From contig NC_068982.1 of the NCBI RefSeq assembly GCF_001194135.2, forward strand, positions 94,034,668 to 94,071,023: a stretch of DNA of 36,356 bases, given 5' to 3'. Every line of letters starts with the position of its first letter. Positions within the stretch are counted from its first letter, which is position 1. Below the pieces are notes generated by a model, which was not told where the DNA came from, did not search any database, and saw nothing but the letters and a program-made list of their open reading frames with translations. The stretch is from Octopus bimaculoides (lineage: Eukaryota). Below, one piece after another: positions 25,398 through 34,724 of this stretch. The position numbers and the translations under genes were made by a program.

Positions 25398-27170
25398 TGG
25401 TTGTCCACTCCTTATGCAGAGTTTGACCACCTCCTGTACCTACACCTTAGAACCATCATGGTATCTGATATGGCTTTTTAAAGCAGGCAATATTCTGAAA
25501 AAACACCTACATAGATTGTACATTCGATTTGGACCACTAAGGGCTGCAGATAAGTTGTAATCTTTGTGGATCTTAAAATGTCTTTTGAGGCCCCCGTTAG
25601 ATTTGCAAACCTTCTGGAATACACTGCATTCAAAGGTGTGCACAGACTTATAGGCCGAATAGTTGGTGGAGGTTCGTTTTCCATGGGTTCGCAAATGAGA
25701 TTTGAGCCCAGCAAAAGAAAGGCATGAGCTGTCACAAACTGCGCACACAAAAAGATCATTGTGATTCACCTTCTCGATCGTAACATTCTTCCTTAAATCC
25801 CTTTTGAGTTTTGCATGCGTTATCCTGGCCTCTTCAAACGCTTTCACTCCACTCCATACTTTTGTTCGTCATCCAACTCGATCCGAAGCACTCTGGATCC
25901 ATTCCAGGTGACTTCATTGTAGACCTTTCGCCGTCCTTAAACCTTTTTTTTTTAGGTTTACGACGATAACGTTTCCCCTCTGCAAACTCACCATAAAACA
26001 ACTGTTTGGGCATGCGTTCATCCGCCATTCGAACGATATGGCCACACCATCTCATTTGGTTTCTCAAAATCATAGCTTTAATTGAGGTGATGCCTGCAGA
26101 TGCAAAGATATCTGTATTTGGAGTAAAAGAACTCCATTTAATGTTTAAAATGCGATGAAGTCATTCTTGGTGGAATTGTTCTAACAATTTAAAATGGCTT
26201 TCATAACAAGTCCATGTTTCACAAGAATACAACAGGGATGGTAAGACAAAACACTTGTAAAGAGCTAGCTTTGTATTCTTATTTATTTATCGCTGGCACC
26301 AAACGCGTGACTCCAAGCAACCAAATGCTTTTGCTGCCCTTAGAGTTCGCAGATGCATTTGTCTCAAAATTTCCATCCTTTTGTACAGAGCTTTCAAGGT
26401 AGGTGAACGAGTCGACAACCTCAAGTAACTTACTCTTAAACATTTCAGTGGGTTACAAACTGCACCACATGCAGGTTGATGCATTACCTTTTTTTTTTCA
26501 AGCTGATGGTCAAGCCAAAATCATCACAAGCTGAGTCAAATTCAGATACAAGAGATTGCAGACCTGTTTCAGAATGACTGACAAGATCGCAATCGTCAGC
26601 GTATAAAACCCTAACCCTAATGAGTGAAGTAAAAAACTTCGTTTTGAATTTCACTCTGGTCATATTAAGAACATTCTCTGTTGCTCGATATTTTATGTTA
26701 GTACTTTCTTCAGAGTTTGGAAAAGTGTATGACAGCACAACAACAAAGTATATTGCAAAGAGGATGGGTGCATCAAGGTTTCTTTGCTTTACTCCATTTT
26801 CCACGGCAAAAGATTCAGAGAGCCTACCATCAAAGTTAACTCTAGCTTTCATATCTTGATGCAAAGCCCTCACCATGTTTACAAATTTTTCTGGGCAACC
26901 TATTTTCTTTGGAATTAGCCACAAAGCATTTCGATTAACAGTATCGAATTGTTTGCTCAAATCAACAAAGCAATGGTATAGAGCAAGATTCTGTTCAATG
27001 CACTTTTCTTGCAATCGTCTGATAGTAAAGATACAATCAGCTGTGCCTCTGTAGGAACGAAAACCACACTGAGACTCAGACAGTATATTTGGAAATATGA
27101 AGGTATTTAAACGTTCTAACAAAATGCGGGCAAGTACCTTTCCAACCACAGACAACATATCTATCTGTCC
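25398..27170 (-). mobile_element. RTE-clade LINE, 5'-truncated at RT start, with three C-terminal C2H2-type fingers
   Basis: ORF 26484-27200: ESQCGFRSYRGTADCIF, FVDLSKQFDTVNR, GVKQ, VLYADD. ORF 25834-26073: WCGHIVRMADERMPKQLFYGE. ORF 25440-25847 has three fingers. The RTE-type 3' end GGTGGTCAAACTC...GTGGACAACCA abuts the gap. Confidence 0.93.
25461..25748 (-). pseudogene. Three tandem C2H2 zinc-finger motifs at the RTE ORF2 end
   Basis: CAVCDSSCLSFAGLKSHLRTH, CSVFQKVCKSNGGLKRHFKIH, YNLCRCFFRILPALKSHIRYH: all C-x2-C-x12-H-x3-H spacing, with fingers 2 and 3 each missing one Cys. Confidence 0.8.
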
Positions 27171-27252
27171 TATATTTAAGAGATGAGGAATTATGTACAT
27201 TATTTACATTATTTACATTTGACGGATATTTGTCCTCATCTTGTTTCTTGTT

Positions 27253-27298
27253 AACACAACGTTTCGGCTGATATACCTTCCAGCCTTCATCAGGTGTC
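27253..27298 (-). ncRNA. Minimal type-I hammerhead ribozyme motif (canonical core)
   Basis: GACAC-CUGAUGA-A-GGCUG(GAAGGUAUAU)CAGCC-GAAA-CG-UU-GUGUU: 5-bp stem I, 5-bp stem II, palindromic AACGUU stem III (dimer type), GUU triplet. Confidence 0.75.
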
Positions 27299-27348
27299 TT
27301 GGGGAAATTTCGAACCTGGGTTCTCATTCCTAAGGTATTTTTCGATGT

Positions 27349-27350
27349 TG

Positions 27351-27430
<80 letters not shown>
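27349..27430. repeat. (TAT)n microsatellite inside SINE
   Basis: Directly visible. Confidence 0.97.
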
Positions 27431-27434
<4 letters not shown>

Positions 27435-27508
27435 TCACTGTCTGGAATCGAACTCGGAATCTTGGGGTTAGTAGCCCGCGCTCTTAATCACTACGCCATA
27501 TGCCCGTA

Positions 27509-27873
27509 GTGGTGAACGCTGGAAAAACGAGCTTTGAGAAAAGACAGGCAAAAGCACTCGAACGCCATGCATCCATTTCCAAGTAAGTTTCATCTTAATA
27601 ATTCTGATGCGCACTCTACAACATATCTCTTGTCTATCTCCCTCTCTTCTTCTTCTTCCTTTCTGTTTTTATTTCCCACACTTTCTCTAATTCTTCTCCT
27701 CTCTCCTTCATCGTTCCCCCCTCTCTCTCTCTCACTCTTTCTCCTTGACTCTTTCATTGCTCACATGTAACCAACGGCTATCTTTCTTTCTTTCTTTCTT
27801 CCACTTCCTTCTTAAAGACCAGACGTGCTTTTGCTTGTCTCTTCTCAAAGCTCGTTTTTCCAGCGTTCACCAC
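27509..27873. mobile_element. MITE/foldback-like element with 49-bp terminal inverted repeats
   Basis: 27509-27557 is the reverse complement of 27825-27873 with 2 mismatches; pyrimidine-rich interior; no TSD found. Confidence 0.6.
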
Positions 27874-28795
27874 CACCTCACCTCGTTACGGCTTAACAGT
27901 TCTCACCGTTTGTTTTTACTGTCATGTTTTTGTTACCATTTTAACCCTCTGCAAAAAATCTCAAATTTGATTTAATTTGCTTTGCGGGAAGGACTGTTCT
28001 AACGAAGTCGCGTCTTGTCCCTACCTTCAAAACGTGGAGTAGATAAAGCAGGGGACAACTGATGAAGAGAATGTTCTTTATGTTGTCTGTCTCGTTTCNN
28101 NNNNNNNNNNNNNNNNNNNNNNNNNNNNNNNNNNNNNNNNNNNNNNNNNNNNNNNNNNNNNNNNNNNNNNNNNNNNNNNNNNNNNNNNNNNNNNNNNNNN
28201 NNNNNNNNNNNNNNNNNNNNNNNNNNNNNNNNNNNNNNNNNNNNNNNNNNNNNNNNNNNNNNNNNNNNNNNNNNNNNNNNNNNNNNNNNNNNNNNNNNNN
28301 NNNNNNNNNNNNNNNNNNNNNNNNNNNNNNNNNNNNNNNNNNNNNNNNNNNNNNNNNNNNNNNNNNNNNNNNNNNNNNNNNNNNNNNNNNNNNNNNNNNN
28401 NNNNNNNNNNNNNNNNNNNNNNNNNNNNNNNNNNNNNNNNNNNNNNNNNNNNNNNNNNNNNNNNNNNNNNNNNNNNNNNNNNNNNNNNNNNNNNNNNNNN
28501 NNNNNNNNNNNNNNNNNNNNNNNNNNNNNNNNNNNNNNNNNNNNNNNNNNNNNNNNNNNNNNNNNNNNNNNNNNNNNNNNNNNNNNNNNNNNNNNNNNNN
28601 NNNNNNNNNNNNNNNNNNNNNNNNNNNNNNNNNNNNNNNNNNNNNNNNNNNNNNNNNNNNNNNNNNNNNNNNNNNNNNNNNNNNNNNNNNNNNNNNNNNN
28701 NNNNNNNNNNNNNNNNNNNNNNNNNNNNNNNNNNNNNNNNNNNNNNNNNNNNNNNNNNNNNNNNNNNNNNNNNNNNNNNNNNNNNNNNNNNNNNN

Positions 28796-28862
<67 letters not shown>
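28796..28862. repeat. (CA)n microsatellite at gap edge
   Basis: Directly visible. Confidence 0.95.
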
Positions 28863-28863
<1 letters not shown>

Positions 28864-30094
28864 GCGAAAGCTAATCATTTTCAAAACATTAATCATGATC
28901 TACATGAGTTTTGATTGAGATAAACAGATGACGCATACAACTTTCTTTCGATCTCTCGATGTTCCTTACCGCAGTTTTTCACACAGCAGGAACAAAATTT
29001 GGCATTTTAAACTAAATGGATTACTAACAGATGTCTGCAGTTGTACCCATTGTTTAGTCGGATCAGTGTGTCTGTACCTTGCAATTTCTATTTGCTGGTA
29101 GGTTGACTAGACCATTTGAGAGTTAAGCGCCCTTAGCAACGACACAATGTAGTACTGTAGACAGCTTATAAGATTACCATTTCATTTAGATGGTTTTCTA
29201 TTACCTTTTCTACTCGGTTGTTTGAACTCTAGAAAATGACTAATACTTCATTTACTTTTTAGGAGAATCTTAAATATTTCAGTGTCTTCTCTCTTTAAAT
29301 GTAACTGTTGTCATTTTGGAAAGAGAAAATTTGGTTTAATAAACGGGATTCATAACTATTAATTTATCTTACAATTTAGGCAAAATTGTCGGATAAAGAT
29401 CTGTCCAGTGCAATTAATCTTAACTCTTTTCGTCGTAGCAGCTCAACAATACATTCTTTTAACATAATTATGAACCGAAATGAGACATTTATTTCCAACA
29501 AACAGACTATATCGAAAAAATTCGGAAGAAAGATAATAACAACTCAGACAATTTTATCATCAGGTTTTCTCGCATCTTAAATTGATTTTGTACTTAGTGA
29601 TCCTGTCTAATTTCACAGTGTTTTCACAAAATATGAAAATATTTTTCTGAAATATTTATCTTTCAGGTTGCATATTTTGTTGTGAACTAACTCTTTTACA
29701 CCCGATTTCTGCAGTTCAGTAAAACTTTGCCTCAAATAAATAAATATTGAATGAAAATAAATAAATACAAAATATAAAAGGCTATTCGTGCAATATTTTA
29801 CTTTCAGTGTCCTTGCTTTCATTATTGTTGCTCATATTTTATCATATCTACTGTTCTTCTTGTCGTATACTCTCTATATGATGTTCACGGCATTCGTTTA
29901 GCTCATATAGCGGCTGTAGTTATTTACTTATGATAAATATGACCCTTCATAAGAGCATACATTTGAGCTGTATTATGCCAATTTTGCTCTGAAGCAAATT
30001 AAGTGATGAATGAAATGCTGAATCAGTTGGCGATGCTGAAGTGGCAGAAAATGAAACATCAATCTCACTTCAGATACAATAATAACCCAAAACA

Positions 30095-30307
30095 TCAGCA
30101 ACAGCAGCAGCAGCAACAACATCAGCAGTAACACCACCACCACCACCACCACCACCGCCACAACCACCACCNNNNNNNNNNNNNNNNNNNNNNNNNNNNN
30201 NNNNNNNNNNNNNNNNNNNNNNNNNNNNNNNNNNNNNNNNNNNNNNNNNNNNNNNNNNNNNNNNNNNNNNNNNNNNGACAACGACGACGACGACGACGAC
30301 GACGACG

Positions 30308-30354
<47 letters not shown>

Positions 30355-30358
30355 CACA
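30095..30358. repeat. Compound trinucleotide microsatellite (CAG/CAC ... GAC/CAA) spanning a gap
   Basis: Directly visible. Confidence 0.95.
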
Positions 30359-31321
30359 ATAATACAAAAACAGCAACTACAACGCAGTTGATTACTTTTC
30401 TGCCTGTCGCAAATTTCGAAAGAAAGAAAATAATTATTGCTGAGATGTATAAACATGAACACTTCAAGAACTGGACAATGAAACTTAAAGTATAAGAATT
30501 ACAAAAAAAAACATATAACAAGCAAAAAGGAACACTTAAGAAACGTCTCCAATTTAAATGGTTTCATGCTTTTGAGCAAAATTCCACAAATCACTGTTTT
30601 TAACCTGTAAAATAAAAAGGTTTCAATGAAATTAACATGAGTTAATAAAACCCGTATTACCTTCGTGTCAGACGAAAGCATTTTTTTTTATTCTACTCGA
30701 AATCTTAGAAGTAACGAGTTAAGCACATGCTTTACAAGTATCAATCATTTTTTCCCTTTAAACTTCATTCGGACTTCGAATTTCATTGGCATTCAGCTTT
30801 CCGTGAACGTGTAGCTATCATTAGACACTTGTGATTAGTGTTCTGATAGATTAATAGTGTACGCCATTGATATAATACATGTTTCTTTTCTGGATAAAAG
30901 ACAGAAAAAGAAAACACCCAACTACATACGATAAATGAAGCAAGCTCTTCTGTTACAAGATAATTATTGGAAAGGATGAAGAGAAAGTCTAGTGTATAAT
31001 TATACTACATTAAAATACTTACAAAAATGCATTCTAGAAACAGCAAGAATATGTTGCCATCATAAAATTAAGATATATTGAATAGTTTTGTTTGATATTC
31101 TTTATTCATTTGCTAATGAATTATTCAAATTCAAGTCCTGGAAACATTGATATATTTCTGATTGTAAGTTTGTCTTTCAGAAGAGGAAATTTAATTGGAT
31201 GTCAGCCGAAGCTGTAGCGGTAGAAATAAGTGATATATTACAGATTCTTCCAGTCGTCATTAACTGATTAATTAATAAAACCGTTCATTCTTTCCAGCAC
31301 AAACGCACACACACATACATA

Positions 31322-31365
31322 TCCATCCATCCATCCATCCATCCATCCATCCATCCATCCATCCA
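31322..31365. repeat. (TCCA)n tetranucleotide microsatellite
   Basis: Directly visible. Confidence 0.95.
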
Positions 31366-32139
31366 TTATATAGATATATATGTAAATCTCAGTGTAGTAA
31401 ACCAGCAATCGACTGCGTCATTCGAGATACCTCTGTGTATTTTATTTATTACCTGTTCCACTGCTAATGATGCAAATGTTTTCAAACACTTGAAGAGCTT
31501 TTATGAACCACTTGGACATATATGATTTGACGAACGTTTGACAAAACTCTCATCTTTGGTTAAGCTGAAACTTCGTCTCAAGTAACATTTTTTCGGAAAT
31601 CCTGTACTCCTTTCCAGGATGTACACACATTGAAGTGCAGATAATTAGGTACACTTTAGCAAATTATTAACGAAATACACGCGATAGTGCGATATATCAA
31701 TTTAGTTCGCTTCTACCCAGTTATTTAAAGCAAGATATTCTATGAGTGCATATTAAAATAATAGAGTGTAACCTAAGTACTCATTTGTAACGACTTTCTA
31801 GTAATCCAGGAACGTTTCACAGCAGTTCAATTGTTTTTATCACTCCTAGTTTTGAAGTTTTGAGATTAATTGCATTGAGAATACATTCACTGATCATTCA
31901 GAATTCGCTTTTTATGAGGTCTAGTACCGTGCATTTGACTTGTGGGCCTTAATAATGTTATATGGTTTGTACATGAGCGTCAGACACATTTCATCGCTCG
32001 GTTTAATGCATTCCTCTCATGTTTCGATGTTCTTTGCAGAATTTCTCTTTCATCCCACCAATCTCAATGGGTTTTCAAAATGGGGTCCATAGTTAATCTC
32101 CTATCCTTCTCTCTCTAGTAAAGCGTTAAAAATTGTACA

Positions 32140-32142
32140 TAC

Positions 32143-32184
<42 letters not shown>

Positions 32185-32299
32185 ACGTCTTCATACACAT
32201 ACAGGTAAACGCACATAAAGATACATACATATACACACACGCGCATGCAGACAGACAGACAGACACGTACACACACGCACGCACACACACACACACACA

Positions 32300-32375
<76 letters not shown>
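32140..32375. repeat. Compound (TA)n-(TG)n ... (CA)n microsatellite
   Basis: Directly visible. Confidence 0.95.
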
Positions 32376-32376
<1 letters not shown>

Positions 32377-32655
32377 GAGGAATGAATGTAAAAATACATG
32401 ACGCAGGATATATCGTAAACAATTCAAAATTAGAAATATTAATATTTCTAATTCTCTCTAAAAGAGACTACGGCAGCGACACTGGATGTTAATAGTTATC
32501 GCCAAGCTAACATGGCAGTTCAGAAAAATAGGACGAATGCTGCCGTTGATTAGCTCTAAGACGCCATCACCTCTAGCTAGCTATGTGACACACAAACCTG
32601 TGACCATTATAACCTTCGAACAGGGGAGGTCAGCCGTTTCCCTTGCTGGTCTGGC

Positions 32656-32700
32656 ATCTACAGACTAGTTTCAGGGTATTTGCCCCTTATCAATATAGAT
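32656..32700 (-). ncRNA. Minimal type-I hammerhead ribozyme, U3:A8 variant
   Basis: AUCUAUA-UUGAUAA-GGGG(CAAAUA)CCCU-GAAA-CUAG-UC/UGUAGAU: 7-bp stem I, 4-bp stem II, palindromic ACUAGU stem III, GUC triplet. Confidence 0.75.
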
Positions 32701-33074
32701 CAGTCGAACCAGGCAGGTGTTGCTACTGACCGTCTGTTCGAAGGATTATTTACCTAAATTCAGTGGAATACATTCACTGGTTTTCAAAAATAGAAATATT
32801 AATATTTCTAAGTCACTTTAAAGGAGACTACGGCAGCGGTACTGGATATTAATAGTTATCACCAAGCTAACATGGTAGTCCAGAAAAATAGGACGATTGC
32901 CATTTTAGCTTGGCGATAACTATTAATATCGAGTACCACTGCCGTAGTATCCTTTAGAGAGACTTAGAAATATTAATATTTCTATTTTTGGAAACCAGTG
33001 GATGTATTCCATTGAATTTAGGTAAATAATCCTTCGAACAGACGGTCAGTAGCGACACCTGCATGGTTCGGCTG

Positions 33075-33119
33075 CTCCACATTGATAAGGGGCAAATACC
33101 CTGAGACTAGTCAGTAGAT
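33075..33119 (+). ncRNA. Degenerate second copy of the U3:A8 hammerhead
   Basis: CUCCACA-UUGAUAA-GGGG CAAAUA CCCU-GAGA-CUAG-UC-AGUAGAU; GAAA mutated to GAGA and stem I broken. Confidence 0.6.
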
Positions 33120-33384
33120 GCCAGACCAGCAAGGGGAAGCTACTCGAAGGTTATAATTGACACAGGTTCGTGTGTCACATAGCTAGCTAGAGGCGATGTC
33201 CTCTTCGAGCTAACCAACGGCAGCATTCATCCTATTTTTCTGGACTGCCATGTTATCACTATTAATAATTCAAAATTGTTTACTAATGTATCAGTGGCCA
33301 GGACATGCAATCAAAAAATTTATTTTCATAAAAGAAGCGTGTATAAATGTGAATAAATCACAATTATAACGGAAAGGGTTATAA

Positions 33385-33766
33385 AAACCCTTGCATGCCT
33401 AGAAACAGCAGTCAAAGCCGATATAAAGCCACTATAAACACTTATATTATATCTCCTCAAACATATAAGCTGTCGGTGAGCGACATAACATTAAAATTCA
33501 AAACTTAAAAAAAAGATTAGTCCTCTATCGCAATTCCGAAGTTAGGAACCCAAAGTGGAACCATTCTTCTCGTCAGGAGAACAATCCTGTACAAAGAAAT
33601 TAACACACAAAAAAGCATAACTTGGGGCTTAACATGTGCTCCGATCGGCAAGAATTTTAATGTCATGTCGCTCGCCGACAGCTTTTATAGTTGAGAAGAT
33701 ATAATATGAGTGTTTATAGTGGCTTTATAGCGGTTTTGACTGCTATTTCCAGGCATGTAAGGGTTT
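33385..33766. mobile_element. MITE/foldback-like element with ~115-bp terminal inverted repeats
   Basis: 33385-33499 is an imperfect reverse complement of 33652-33766, around a ~150-bp unique spacer. Confidence 0.65.
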
Positions 33767-34724
33767 CTCCGTGCACACATAGAAAGAACGGATTTACATT
33801 TTTATTTAATGTACTGTGAGGTTTTACAATATATAAATTTATTTAAATTCTTCTGATTTCTCTTCATACATCACATAACTTTAATGCATTTTTATTCTGT
33901 TTACTTTTAAGTCTATATATATCTACATTTATTTTACTTAAGATTTTTATTTCAGAACAAAAGTTTATTGACATCACTATCATTTCTCGCAATATTTATC
34001 GGTTGTAACAAATATGATTCTTCCAAATCTATACCTTATTCACTTATTTCCTTTCTTTTCCAGCCAATTTGTGATTCAATATATTCATTCATAAATTCCA
34101 TAAGTAAATTTACCTCTAAATGTATACGTCTGTTATATTTTATTTTTAAAAAAGAAGCTTTCTGTTTTACGTCCATATATAATTAAGTTACAGTCATATT
34201 AACGTTTTACGATCAATTGTCACACATGACATCTTTATAGATACAATTATAGTATTAACTGTACCACTTTGTTTCTCATGTTCGATAGTTATATATTTTA
34301 AAGTCTTAGCTTTACCCATTGTACGTTTGAAATTATTAGCTTGAGTTTATACATTTTAGCATTTAGATTTTTAATCTCTTTAGCCTAGTCGAATAAAAGC
34401 CCTACCACGCCACGCCACGAAATAACAAAAATAACGGTTTGTCTTCCGGATCATGAAACAATGATTCTGCTTTTGAATTTATGATTATCATATATTATTT
34501 TATTTGCCTTCCAATTTTTTTTTAAAGTTCTGCAGGTAAAAACTATGGTGTATGATTCCTTACTATAGTGTTAAAAAAATACTGATGAACCGAGACAATT
34601 GTATATATAAAGTATAAATATGTGTACACTCAATCACACATTTCAACACACACACATTCATATAAAGACACACATACAAGTATATGCATACATATATGTA
34701 TATCTGTGTGCTTGAATGTTAATT

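Larger units (their letters stand above)
27172..27506 (-). mobile_element. tRNA-headed SINE with internal (AAT)n tract and PLE-like 3' half containing a hammerhead
   Basis: A box TGGCGTAGTGA, B box GAGTTCGATTCC, (AAT)n at 27349-27430, then hammerhead, then a TGTAAATAA tandem tail. Confidence 0.8.
32432..33266. mobile_element. Non-coding hammerhead-bearing element (retrozyme-like or non-autonomous PLE): 360-bp monomer, partial tandem copy, inverted copy, 11-bp TSD
   Basis: Period 360 bp (TAGAAATATTAATATTTCTA at 32431 and 32791). Segment 32897-33266 is the reverse complement of about 32489-32878. Direct repeat AATTCAAAATT at 32421-32431 and 33267-33277. Confidence 0.8.

Noticed and set aside
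26605-26616. CCCTAACCCTAA telomere-like repeat
   Set aside because: Only two units, inside the RTE RT frame (IRVRVLYADD); a local 6-bp duplication.
27430-27506. Functional tRNA gene
   Set aside because: Has A/B boxes but no acceptor-stem closure, and continues into SINE body; same for 4170-4251.
29961-30066. Possible minus-strand exon (EIDVSFSATSASPTDSAFHSSLNLLQSKIGIIQLK, followed by GTATGC)
   Set aside because: Weak acceptor, no recognisable homology and no linked exons; would need RNA-seq.
710-30462. ORFs containing X runs or CV/HT/SL/poly-L/poly-V repeats (e.g. 27941-28861, 8118-8484, 29973-30462)
   Set aside because: Artefacts of N-gaps and microsatellites, not coding evidence.
31179-31266. 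Acceptor-like TTTGTCTTTCAG followed by a short frame KRKFNWMSAE...
   Set aside because: Short, no homology, and no supported partner exon.
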